A DNA stretch of 29,161 nt. It comes from a virus (lineage: Duplodnaviria > Caudoviricetes). This document shows positions 18,401-26,568 of this stretch, one piece after another. Position 1 is the stretch's first letter. The number at the start of each line of letters is the position of its first letter. The stretch lies in the IMG/VR virus record IMGVR_UViG_3300035049_000152, positions 1 through 29,161 of that record. The stretch is one strand, 5' to 3'. A model generated the notes under the pieces. It saw only the letters and a program-made list of their open reading frames with translations. It searched no databases and was not told the DNA's origin. Both the position numbers and the translations under genes were made by a program.

Positions 18401-19555
18401 GCTGAACTTGAAAGGGCAAAATCTTATGTAGAATCCTATCAAGTGATGTACGATAAGGCTGTTGAATTGGCAGAATACAGAAGGGAATTAGCTACATTAG
18501 ATCTTGAGGAAGAAGAAGTACGGTATCGGTTGAAAGAGAGTTCCAGCGCAACTGATGCAGTTATAGCGGATATAGAAAAGGTCACAACCAGCACATATAC
18601 CAATTACAGTAGACGGTTGGATGCTTTAAAAGAATATGGTGATGAAAGAAAAGTGGCGTATGAAGAACAAATAAACAATCTTCTTTCTATGGATGAATTT
18701 GATAAAGAAGAGTACAGACGTATTCTTAGAGAGAAAAAACTGTTTTTACGAAAACATCATATTGAAGTACGAGAGTTAGAAGAAAAAGCTTTTCGTGCTC
18801 GAATAAGAGAGCATGGTTCTTATTTAGAAAAAATAAAACTTGGCTATATTAATTTTGCTGAGGAAGTTGAGCGTACTAATAAAGATATTGTTGATATCAC
18901 AAAAGAAGTTGCTACTGAAGTAAAAGATGCATGGAATGATGCATTTTCTGATTTTATCAGAGGCACAGAATCAATGTCAGATGCTTTTGACTCTTTAATT
19001 GATTCTATTCTTGATTCTATGGCTGATATGCTTGCTGAATCTATAACGCAAGATTTTATTGGACTGTTCACTAATATGCTTAGTGGTAGTCTATTTAATG
19101 GAATGGGTGGCTTATTTAATGGGGGTAGTTCCTCTCCAACTATGGGAGCTGATGTATCTCCATTTGCAATGGCTGGTCCTGGAGTATACCATGATGGCGG
19201 TACTGTTGGAAAATCTGATGTACCTATTAGAATGGTATCTGCTGCTATTTTTGAAAATGCCAAAAGACTTCATGATGGATTAAAAGGGTTGGCCTTTAAT
19301 GAATTTCCAGCTATATTGAAGAAGGGTGAGACTGTTTTACCTGATAATTTTAAATTTCCACCAATAAAATCCGGACCAGAAAATATTAATATAGAAGTGG
19401 TGAATAAGGGGGGTGGAAAATTTGATGTTACTAATGCTGATGTTTCAATGGAAAATGGCAATATGAATATAAAAATGGTTTTGGATGATTTTAAGAAAGA
19501 GATGAAAAAGGAAACAGAACATGTAGTTAGAAATACGATTAAGAGGAGTTTGTGA
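12437..19555 (+). CDS. Tail tape measure protein (TP901-type core)
   Basis: 2372 aa helical protein. Core at ~14680-15550 (TKFSATEVAEGVRLLGQAGF, ADNGIRASTMGTGLR). Hydrophobic central segments. C-terminal YHDGGTVG...RLHDG...EFPAILKKGETVLP motif. Confidence 0.95.
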   Translation: MAEGKLGVYISGAVSGGLLQGLNALRKELDAFSSSAKSAGKTDVSNKLKTIAEGIQTATESVSQQAGATGDSIRSMFEAIARAAAEYAAEIRNLHGVGDEVSEEMSDMDKKGHDLAESLAMLSRQLSMMNDASIKEASKNFATISDSMDGVSDDAEEQAKSIAILEEAWARWASDLSDPAGLKSAKKALQSLADSIYGTERALKDAGHDMSGWVDSLESDKLQEAFDKGLLKPTKSGFKIYHESAKDFLNLSEEQVRAIQKVTDALSELDKEYQKINQMDVTEGNENYVRSLQKLIDTKGEDTAVTEKWLSVLRKSHSALDRYKAQFDEADSEMRGLIDSTDRYSLVQSALNNDIKVTKDGIKILTKDGLKPFNEMTLDTVDSLDMLSSNLKKSLKSDIDLDFEGVKSKQIKNIKEFNEGISESSSKVSVYKQRLNELQEAEKDNIRNARQMREAYEELASEYADNDVAANKIYKNLKRMEEALYSQTSALKEEDKAYKEIIESMDRVEGYHQVFGKGDNLKITTKGFQALNEEGLRPFVGLTNEAAESMGLMHPHFKKYQEQLKQSFEFTDEWSDSIKKIAGNNKAHADVLDHLGGKYGKNIDSLHRYNSATLQAYKNIHRYVHTNQTYIHQLEAEAKKREAAGRSTTRHRKKIEQYKNNIIEAKKHQSLLNETNQVWNERLGLSAKRTSHFAKEQKKLANQAGALGNVFTAVNTRLKQFAAFVIAALIIQQLTQAIREAVMIISDYDQALHNLQAIIEITVSQSQVLGDIIRTVARDTKFSATEVAEGVRLLGQAGFDMVQAMQALPGVSRLATGTMEQFDVVVDLVTTTVNAFQMQTTRASETADIFANAINNSKLNVDKLNTAFNYVGAAGKQAGLTINQLAGTLMTLADNGIRASTMGTGLRRTLLGMLDPSQDLATELGNVGLKVDDLNPKIVGYQQALKNLAPLIWDFERGMVDMGKASDYFGKRASQVVSILVREAGEGGAIERAIEKTREIGSASEMAATQQEGLGLKLKNLVDRAKNVVLALGDAGLNDVLKAVIDSLRGAAAAAEMFIDRFPVALQVMGVATATLAVTAALQGLSFILRKVTPMLSRFVGVLTGPIGIAAAVATSLIVIGKQVVTFHERTAEAAAKAGEEMIYHAKTAESYGKVLKQAAEEGSEEFSRAVHYMEEDAKEVADSIAQDLGYDTLSDMADGVEDNSEKAIEAMEKLGATVEKISDESYQAAKENITKAMEEIINQMEDNQDFENFKKKGFLDFKQFFLNLPAMLTGSGSLVTSEYILRAIFGKDEEELRALLEDYMERSIIPVLHEALSIKGITTEEGLSDYFEEEFASLKRVMDPEDFKDFKKDVFDVFNAMTEESGVTFEKMHNIISQNLAEISGTISDFNLSVKDKFKLFGEREENEKEAMEYREFLDENFDYTETKLNALANEYKTKLDMQSILGIVKDNIDELTDEFDAYAEERLAQTETTELEEFAIVKNQLESKLQLYKNHYERIKDLTGSEELADELRSRITETEKALKENAKNTEDFLNEVSENIIHNIYDKEINKAEEGSLEQLKIEKEKTEKLLEFKQRILENSKLSVKEEQALQAEIISLQKDLLSQEKDILDKRLDNYDEFYQERMSKLEADAEKRRIKWERLAAEDMVSEGTAILKISDVDVKEAEEQFVEKAGRVQDLVDIYGGVENARGKKEYIQALEEMRDAENNYQQKRIQRIEAFKRAMKADNKEIEEEYAQHEQELQNQYQKRLNNIQSNAVAELEVERERLKELIDLKQEELEKVEGKEAIEKKQQELLSLKEELKDNELSLIEASNEKIQSEIETGYSKRLAAVRNNKLQELAIERERIQELIKAKEKEIEIAVGPDMRREKEKELAALQEELKENEEDILDERAKNINEYVDKVISDYDRLIETFNVDLSQKLFTGEITEDEYIRQKADKQLEMVRKIVETRKKQTEDLAKLYPKTAEEYKDAKQQEKDAALAVQEAELERAKSYVESYQVMYDKAVELAEYRRELATLDLEEEEVRYRLKESSSATDAVIADIEKVTTSTYTNYSRRLDALKEYGDERKVAYEEQINNLLSMDEFDKEEYRRILREKKLFLRKHHIEVRELEEKAFRARIREHGSYLEKIKLGYINFAEEVERTNKDIVDITKEVATEVKDAWNDAFSDFIRGTESMSDAFDSLIDSILDSMADMLAESITQDFIGLFTNMLSGSLFNGMGGLFNGGSSSPTMGADVSPFAMAGPGVYHDGGTVGKSDVPIRMVSAAIFENAKRLHDGLKGLAFNEFPAILKKGETVLPDNFKFPPIKSGPENINIEVVNKGGGKFDVTNADVSMENGNMNIKMVLDDFKKEMKKETEHVVRNTIKRSL

Positions 19556-19923
19556 TGTCAACTATGATTCTTGGTGGTTATAAGTTTAGGCAGAATCCTG
19601 ATTCAATGCCTTTAATACATCCACGTAGATCAACTGCTGGAGCTAAAACATATACGTCTTATGCCTTTTTTTCTTGGGGATTTTTTACAGTAGGGCAAAC
19701 TATCACTTTAAAATGGGCTACGATGATGCAAGCTATGTATGATGAATTATTGGCATTGTATGTTGCTGGAAATCAAGTAGTGTTTGATCCCAAAAAAGAA
19801 GATGAATCTACTTATACATGTGAAATTATAGATTTATCTGGTACTTTTTATTTATCTTATGATCATGATTTTGCTTTACGTAAAGACGTCACTTTGAGTC
19901 TTTTAATTTTGTCTGAAAGTTAG
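19552..19923 (+). CDS. Putative distal tail protein (Dit / lambda gpM position)
   Basis: 123 aa directly after the TMP, overlapping its stop. SD GAGGAG. ITLKWATM..AMYDELLALY pattern of gpM-like proteins. Confidence 0.65.
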   Translation: MMSTMILGGYKFRQNPDSMPLIHPRRSTAGAKTYTSYAFFSWGFFTVGQTITLKWATMMQAMYDELLALYVAGNQVVFDPKKEDESTYTCEIIDLSGTFYLSYDHDFALRKDVTLSLLILSES

Positions 19924-19931
19924 AGGTACAT

Positions 19932-22900
19932 ATGGCTTTAACACTGAGTTCTGAATTGACTGAAGCAATGGAAAGTCAAAGCAGACAGCCCATTGTAAAT
20001 TTGCAATCTGGATCATTGAAACCATCAATTCCTTTTGATGGGAAATTGCTTACTGATTATAAGAATGAAACTGATCCAAATGTAATAACACATTCAAGTG
20101 GTCGTTTATCAATTGTTACTGTGTATGGTGGTACTTTACGTTATACATACACAAATACAAGCAGAACAGAATTTTTTCCTGTCACCTTTTCAGATGATGG
20201 TGATGAATACATAATTGCTGATCTTTGTGAATTAACAAATGGAAATATTGGCCTAATTTTCAAATATAGAGATTATAACACTTATTATATTGGTTATAAA
20301 ATTTTGACTGTTCAAGGTGAATTGGTATCTGAAGGTAATTTGAGTTTTACAAATTTAACAAATCTTTTTGTTGAAAGGATGCCTGATGATACTTATTTGC
20401 TTGTTTATGTAAATGAAAACAGTTCTATATATAAAAGAACTTCAAGTGATTTTATTACTTGGAGTGTTGAAAGTACAATAAGTCATGGATTAGGAACTGG
20501 AGAAGTTGATAATCCATATATATTTGTGGAGATGAATGGTGATGTACATTTGCTTTTTGATTATGTGGAGGAGTATGGTGATAATGGAGCAGAATTAACA
20601 AATTGTTATAAAATGGTGAGTTCTGATAATGGTTTAACATGGACTGCTCCAGAAAAGCTTACAAATTATGATACATTTTCTACCACAGCCGAACATCCTA
20701 CTTTACAACAAAAATCAGAAAATGAAAGTGTTTTTACTTTTACTGAAGTGAAAAATGTTTTATCAATAACTAAAAATACAAGTGGTTATTGTGGTAATAG
20801 TGCAGGAAATGCAACTGGTAATTATTTCAATAACAACACAAGAAAGCTTTATTTTGCTGATAGATATGTTTATGTGGGAACTAAGAATTTAAGAGCAGCA
20901 TTAGAAATAGACGTTGATTCTTGGGAAATAACAAATTGTTGGTCATATAATACTGTGCCAGCTTTTAATGAATATTTAAATGAAAACCATACAGGTGATG
21001 CTAATCATATTGGTGATGGAATTTATTATTGTCCAGCCCATTCAAATGGTGTGTTTGCTGTTATAAATACTGAAATGAACTCAATTCGTCATTATGTGTT
21101 GTATGATTATGTTCAGCATGGATTGGAAATAAATGTTGAGGGCTATGAGCCATATAAAGAAAATGAAAAATTAACAGAAGTAACAATAGATAATGACACT
21201 GGTAAAATGTGGTTGTTTTTTCATAAAGGATACTCTTTATCAAATTACTGGATGCATATTGGATATATTGATTTAACACAAGAATCTGGACCTTATAATT
21301 TTCATTCTGTATTTACCAGATATTTTAATGAAGATTATGTTGAGGTATTAGCATATGGTTCATCATTTTTTATAGATGAAAGTCTTGATTCAATAGTTAT
21401 TACTTTTGGTGAGGGCCATCCTTGGATGTATAGAACTGATCTTAAAGGACTTTTAATTAATATAAGTTCAGGAGGAATTGAAAAAGAATTAAGAAAGTCT
21501 GAAATAACAAAGTTGCCTTTAAATGGTTTTAGAGTTTCAGGTGGTATGTTTGGTGTGTGTCCATCAATTTATTATGATGGTTCGACTTTGTATGCTGGTA
21601 TTGTTTATTCTTTTGATGCTACTGAAGAAGATAGACGTGGATTGATGGAATTGGATTTGAGTAATAATAATATTACATATCATAGACCCACGTATGCTAC
21701 GGTTAATAATTACAATTTAAAAGAATTTACATATTTAGAATCTGAAAATTCTTTGATAATGATAAGTGAAGGGCAAAATATACTAAAATTTGATATGATT
21801 TCTAAAACTTGGGAGGTTTTTAATTCAGATGAAATTCCAGGGTTCTGTCCATTTAACGAAAAATATAATTACATTTATACAATTTCTGTTGATCAATTAA
21901 ACAATAATGTTTTTGCAGGTTGGTATTGGAGTGGAGTATCGTCAACTGCTGGAATTGCTATGTATTCATTAGATGGTAATTTCAGACAAGTACATTATGC
22001 TTCTGGAACTAAAACGACTGATTGGTCTTTTGATACACCTAGTGCTTTGACCAATGGAACTTATGAATACGACATGGCTACCGCAATTGATCCTGATGAT
22101 TTAGGATTATATGGATTTTGGACAAGCACAACAGATGAACAGATAAAATGGGCAAAAGAAGAAGGTAGTTTTGATATAAGGGATTACCTCGCTCAGTCAG
22201 AACCAGTTGTAAGAGAAGAGAGTATTGATAATACACCAGGAAGAGTTACTTTTGCTGTAACACATGGGCATTTATTTGATCCTTTTAATTTGAATTCTCT
22301 TTTAAATACAAAGCTTAAAAAAGGCAGAAAGATCACATTATCATTTGGTGAGAAAATTGATGATGTTGATTATTGGCAAGCTCAAGGCACTTATTTAGTA
22401 ACTGAATTAAGCATGTCCCATAGTAGAGAATCATATCCAATAATGCAGGTTGTTGCCGAAGATAAAAGGGTTATGTGGGAGCATTCTACTGTCAGAACAA
22501 CACAAAATTTTTCTGAAGTTGAACCTGAATATGCAGTGAAAGAAATACTAAAATCCTATGGCGGTTTAACTGATGATGATTTCGCTGATTTCACTTTTAA
22601 TAATTTAGATAGAGTTAATATAAGTCATCAATGGCTGGATACATCTTTACAAGAAATTGTTGATCAGATTTATAACCGTTATGGTTGTTTTTTGAAATTT
22701 GATGTAAATGGTTTAATAACTTCTGATTCTCTTTCAGCAGAAAAGGGCGTTTCACATACATATTCTAATAGGACAAAAATCGTTGAATTTGGCCCTGACG
22801 ATACATATAGTGATTTTACAAATAGAGTCACTATTGAGGCTCAGGAAAAGAATGATATTGAAGTTGTATATCCAGAAGAACCAATAACTACATTAACTGG

Positions 22901-23636
22901 AACTGTTGGTTGGTGGGGGTATAAAAAAGATTTTACAGTATATTATAGTGAGGATAAATCAAGAAGATGTCAAAATCCAAGGCTTGAAGTAATTGAATCA
23001 ACAACTGGAATTGCTTTTGAATTAGCTGGAGATATAGATGAAGAATTACTTGATAATGATCCGTATCAATTATATTGTACTGTGGTAATTGAAGCACCGA
23101 GTTTAATCACTGTATTATTAGCCGCAATTGCTGCATATATTGCTGGCACAGCAGTTGGTGATATTGCTCCTACTTGGGGTGGATTGACAATTCCATTAGG
23201 AAGACTTTTAGAAAAGGGTGGTTTAGTATCAGCTATAATGGTTTTGGGGAGTGTTGGTAATTATCAATATCGAGTACATGCACAACCGATTGGTAAGGTT
23301 CAGAGACTTATACAATCAACAGTTGACGATTTAGAACACCAACAAGAAATAAATGCAATTGTTGAACAAAGGTATTTTGATCCTTTATGTTATGAAGTAG
23401 TACAGTGTAAAGATGTTGCTGAATATGAATTATCAATAGCTCAAATGCAGAGAAGACGAGCACAATTAAAAAAGGTTGCTGATTTAAGAGACGAACAAGG
23501 GGATATCATTGTTATACCTCATCCATATACACAGTTAGATACGACCATTTTTATTACAAAGCTATCCCGTTCATTTGACTTTAATGAAGATTCTGGTGGG
23601 TTTTGGGATGAAATAGAAGGGTGGGTTTTGACATGA
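19932..23636 (+). CDS. Tail tip / baseplate hub protein with beta-propeller insertions
   Basis: 1234 aa. Asp-box motifs TSSDFITW (20439-20462) and SSDNGLTW (20619-20642). Hub-like region from ~22170 (GRKITLSFGE, QGTYLVTE, VVAEDKR, LKFDVNG, TNRVTIEA). Confidence 0.7.
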   Translation: MALTLSSELTEAMESQSRQPIVNLQSGSLKPSIPFDGKLLTDYKNETDPNVITHSSGRLSIVTVYGGTLRYTYTNTSRTEFFPVTFSDDGDEYIIADLCELTNGNIGLIFKYRDYNTYYIGYKILTVQGELVSEGNLSFTNLTNLFVERMPDDTYLLVYVNENSSIYKRTSSDFITWSVESTISHGLGTGEVDNPYIFVEMNGDVHLLFDYVEEYGDNGAELTNCYKMVSSDNGLTWTAPEKLTNYDTFSTTAEHPTLQQKSENESVFTFTEVKNVLSITKNTSGYCGNSAGNATGNYFNNNTRKLYFADRYVYVGTKNLRAALEIDVDSWEITNCWSYNTVPAFNEYLNENHTGDANHIGDGIYYCPAHSNGVFAVINTEMNSIRHYVLYDYVQHGLEINVEGYEPYKENEKLTEVTIDNDTGKMWLFFHKGYSLSNYWMHIGYIDLTQESGPYNFHSVFTRYFNEDYVEVLAYGSSFFIDESLDSIVITFGEGHPWMYRTDLKGLLINISSGGIEKELRKSEITKLPLNGFRVSGGMFGVCPSIYYDGSTLYAGIVYSFDATEEDRRGLMELDLSNNNITYHRPTYATVNNYNLKEFTYLESENSLIMISEGQNILKFDMISKTWEVFNSDEIPGFCPFNEKYNYIYTISVDQLNNNVFAGWYWSGVSSTAGIAMYSLDGNFRQVHYASGTKTTDWSFDTPSALTNGTYEYDMATAIDPDDLGLYGFWTSTTDEQIKWAKEEGSFDIRDYLAQSEPVVREESIDNTPGRVTFAVTHGHLFDPFNLNSLLNTKLKKGRKITLSFGEKIDDVDYWQAQGTYLVTELSMSHSRESYPIMQVVAEDKRVMWEHSTVRTTQNFSEVEPEYAVKEILKSYGGLTDDDFADFTFNNLDRVNISHQWLDTSLQEIVDQIYNRYGCFLKFDVNGLITSDSLSAEKGVSHTYSNRTKIVEFGPDDTYSDFTNRVTIEAQEKNDIEVVYPEEPITTLTGTVGWWGYKKDFTVYYSEDKSRRCQNPRLEVIESTTGIAFELAGDIDEELLDNDPYQLYCTVVIEAPSLITVLLAAIAAYIAGTAVGDIAPTWGGLTIPLGRLLEKGGLVSAIMVLGSVGNYQYRVHAQPIGKVQRLIQSTVDDLEHQQEINAIVEQRYFDPLCYEVVQCKDVAEYELSIAQMQRRRAQLKKVADLRDEQGDIIVIPHPYTQLDTTIFITKLSRSFDFNEDSGGFWDEIEGWVLT

Positions 23637-25837
23637 AATTATATCAAAAGAAATTCCTGGGCCGCAGTTTACAAAAGCACATAAATCAAAGAACTGAATC
23701 ACAAGATGCAATTTTATGGGATGTTTTATCTGATCAACATTTATGTCGTGTAAAAATACAAGGTAGTGATGAACTTGTTACTGCTCATTTTCCTGAAAAT
23801 TGGAAAAAGAAACCAGAATATTTAAAACCTGGAAATGCTGTCCGTTTAACATTTGTGGGGGGTAATAGAGGTAGATTAGAAGTTAGTGGTTTTGGGCGTA
23901 ATATCCCCTCACCTGTTTATGGGAGTGTTACTCCTCCTATAACGCTTGGGGAAGATGCTGTTATAACTGGTTGTGACGTTGTTCCTACAGATCCAGAATC
24001 AATGTCTATAAAAGTAGAACCAGGCACATATAGGATTGCTGGAACATACTATACGTTGTCAGGTGACTATGTACTTCCTGAAACAGGTGGTTTTCTCTTA
24101 CCAGAAACTGGTGGAATGCTGTTAGGAGATATTGCATATATTATTGAAATTGATTCGCCTCCTGATATTCCTGGATATTTTAGATATGATGCTATATCAG
24201 TAGGAATAGACGGTGTTATTACTTATACGAAAGGTGAAATGTCAAAATGGCCTGATGTTCCAGAAATACCAAATAGTCATGTATTATTAGGAACAATATT
24301 ATTGTATTATGGTATGACTGAGATTACTATTTCTGATATAAATCAAGAATTTTATACACCTGTTCCTACTTATATTAGAGCAGAATTTTCGAGTACAGAT
24401 TCCTATAATTTGAATGATGAAATCACAATTACTGTTAGTATTTTGGATCAAAATGAAAATCCAATTTATAAAGAAGGAGACGGTTTTAAAATAAATGCTA
24501 TAATGACAAGTGGTACAGGTGAGTTAGACCCCCAACTTCAAAGTGGTTTTGTTAATAGATTAGATGGTTATAATTGTTATACGAGAACAAAAGGTTATCA
24601 GTATACAGGTGATAGTAATCACCAAGTCATTTGGAAATATACTAGGAAACCTTGTTCGGTTGATGAAGCGGATTCTTTATATTATTATGAAGGTGATACA
24701 GAAATAGATGAAGGATATTATTTTGAGGAAAGTGTGTTCTTTCAATTTACATGTGCAGACACTGAATTGACAACTCCTGGATATATATTTCTATTTGAGC
24801 CTTATGATCCTACTAATATCATGCCAGTAAATGATGATATAGGAGAAGAAACTGGTATAGATGATGGTTCTACTGGTGATAATGTGGGTTCTCCAAGTAC
24901 AGATTACACAAACCCACCTGATGGTTATCCTGAATTGAAGTTAAAACTAAAAGAATGGTCTGAATGGCCGGAAGCTAATACTGGTACGATTAATGTAATT
25001 GCTATGTATGAACATTATCAAGCTGATGATGATCCAGACGGTTCTCGATTTAGTATATACATACCTGCTGGCACTAGAAGTGTTAATTTGACTCTTGGTG
25101 CTTGGAAATCTATTTTAACTATAATATCAGATATTCCAGAATATAGCTCACTTCCCCCTAGAAAATTTTATTATGGCGGGAATGATAGTTATAAACAACT
25201 TGACATACTTCCTGGAACTATTGATACATCAGGGTGGACAAGTGGTAAATGGGTTAAATTTGAATTTAGTGATGGAAAAGTTCCAATTTTATATTATGGA
25301 TTTTATCGTAATATAGATACAAGTCATCCTTATTATCTTAATGATGGTGTATCTCTTGAAAAAGGAAGCCCCCCCTCTGGATATACAGAATTGTCAATAT
25401 ACAATAATTATCCAGATGTAAATCAAGGTGAAGTGGCAGTCACATTGTACTATTTAGAGTTTTTAGATCCAATAACAGATGGATCTAAATTCAGTATTTT
25501 TATACCTATTGGAACAAGATCAATAGAATTTTCAATAAATGGCAGTTCAGAGTCTGATTTAAAGTTCTCTTTAGATGATGCACCATCATCTGCTATTAAA
25601 AGTGGTTCTATGACAATAACAGAACTTGAACAAGGCGATGGTGTAATTAATATAGGTGGTGGTGGTTATAAATCATATCCAATTATTGATTATAAAATTG
25701 ATTATAAGGGTTGGAATGCTGCTGGAAGATGGATTTGTTGTGAGTTTACGAATAATGCCAAGCCAGCAGCATATAATGTAAAAGTTAAAATAAATACAGA
25801 TTATCCTTCGTATAAGACTTTTTTTGAAAATTTATAA
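23633..25837 (+). CDS. Tail spike/fibre-like multidomain protein
   Basis: ATG at 23633 is coupled to the hub stop (ATGA). N-terminal OB-fold-like segment (LCRVKIQGS...LKPGNAVRL), a baseplate-attachment-like domain (VITGCDV..VEPG...RYDAISV...PEIPNSHVLLG), and two tandem C-terminal domains. Confidence 0.6.
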   Translation: MKLYQKKFLGRSLQKHINQRTESQDAILWDVLSDQHLCRVKIQGSDELVTAHFPENWKKKPEYLKPGNAVRLTFVGGNRGRLEVSGFGRNIPSPVYGSVTPPITLGEDAVITGCDVVPTDPESMSIKVEPGTYRIAGTYYTLSGDYVLPETGGFLLPETGGMLLGDIAYIIEIDSPPDIPGYFRYDAISVGIDGVITYTKGEMSKWPDVPEIPNSHVLLGTILLYYGMTEITISDINQEFYTPVPTYIRAEFSSTDSYNLNDEITITVSILDQNENPIYKEGDGFKINAIMTSGTGELDPQLQSGFVNRLDGYNCYTRTKGYQYTGDSNHQVIWKYTRKPCSVDEADSLYYYEGDTEIDEGYYFEESVFFQFTCADTELTTPGYIFLFEPYDPTNIMPVNDDIGEETGIDDGSTGDNVGSPSTDYTNPPDGYPELKLKLKEWSEWPEANTGTINVIAMYEHYQADDDPDGSRFSIYIPAGTRSVNLTLGAWKSILTIISDIPEYSSLPPRKFYYGGNDSYKQLDILPGTIDTSGWTSGKWVKFEFSDGKVPILYYGFYRNIDTSHPYYLNDGVSLEKGSPPSGYTELSIYNNYPDVNQGEVAVTLYYLEFLDPITDGSKFSIFIPIGTRSIEFSINGSSESDLKFSLDDAPSSAIKSGSMTITELEQGDGVINIGGGGYKSYPIIDYKIDYKGWNAAGRWICCEFTNNAKPAAYNVKVKINTDYPSYKTFFENL
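24914..25834 (+). repeat. Two diverged tandem copies of a ~140-155 aa domain
   Basis: PPDGYPEL/PPSGYTEL, DGSRFSIYIPAGTRSV/DGSKFSIFIPIGTRSI, IDTSGWTSGKW.KFEF/IDYKGWNAAGRW.CCEF. Confidence 0.85.
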
Positions 25838-25857
25838 GATAACAATAAGGAAGTATT

Positions 25858-26055
25858 ATGGAACTTGAAAAGATATATAAAGAACTTGTACGTATTCGTG
25901 AATGTTTGGAAAGACAGGAACAAATTTATTATGATAATATGAAAAAAACAACAGATAGAAACAAACAGGCAGAAAAAGTAATGAAAAACACAATGGAAAA
26001 TTTACCTGATAATTTAAAGCCTGTTGTTCATAATATTCTTGGGAGTATGAAATGA
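25858..26055 (+). CDS. Hypothetical helical protein (65 aa)
   Basis: SD-like AAGGA, ATGA-coupled to the next gene. Confidence 0.6.
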   Translation: MELEKIYKELVRIRECLERQEQIYYDNMKKTTDRNKQAEKVMKNTMENLPDNLKPVVHNILGSMK

Positions 26056-26558
26056 GCACTTATCACCATGATCCATTAGTGCCTAATGTTGATCGAGCTA
26101 ATACAACAGATTTAAATGCACCATTAGCGCAGTTGGACGAAGCTATTAGTGAAAGAGCACCATTAGAACACGAACATGTCACTTATGCTGAACAAACAGA
26201 TTTGGACACTTTAAAAGAAACAGCAATTGGTGTTTCTTACCCAACAAATCAACAACCAGCATCAGATGAGATTTACAATATTGTTTTCCCATTTGCTGTT
26301 ACGTTTCCTGCTGATCTAACAGGTTCTGTTTACCATGCTCAGACAGCACCAGATGCTGAAGTAACAGTTGATTTCAAGAAAAATGGTTCATCATTTGGTT
26401 CAATGACAGTTTCTGCTAGTGGTACAACCGCTTCATTTTCCGCAGCAAGTTCAACTTCATTTAGTGCTGGAGATAGATTGTCGTTTTGTTTTCCAAGCTC
26501 ACAAGATTTGAGTTGGGCCGGTATGACAATTATATTAAAAGGCACGAAAGTAGTATAG
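26052..26558 (+). CDS. Short tail fibre-like protein (N-terminal anchor/coiled coil plus C-terminal beta-sandwich)
   Basis: LNAPLAQLDEAI..APLEHEH fibre-type motif. C-terminal FPFAVTFPADLTGS...KKNGSSFG...FSAGDRL domain. SD GGGAG. Confidence 0.6.
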   Translation: MSTYHHDPLVPNVDRANTTDLNAPLAQLDEAISERAPLEHEHVTYAEQTDLDTLKETAIGVSYPTNQQPASDEIYNIVFPFAVTFPADLTGSVYHAQTAPDAEVTVDFKKNGSSFGSMTVSASGTTASFSAASSTSFSAGDRLSFCFPSSQDLSWAGMTIILKGTKVV

Positions 26559-26568
26559 AGAGGTTATA

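Noticed and set aside
17704-19461. Antisense ORFs in the TMP, including the hydrophobic 203-aa ORF
   Set aside because: The Phe/Leu/Ser richness mirrors Glu/Lys codons on the coding strand.
7644-23636. Contractile tail, tailocin or gene transfer agent
   Set aside because: There is no sheath or wedge gene, a full head module is present, and the very long TMP fits a genuine siphovirus.
24074-24115. Tandem LPETGG motifs (LPETGGFLLPETGG), identical to the sortase A signal
   Set aside because: They are internal, with no following TM helix or basic tail and no signal peptide. They fit the short L-x-E-x-G-x-x-L beta repeats common in phage tail proteins.
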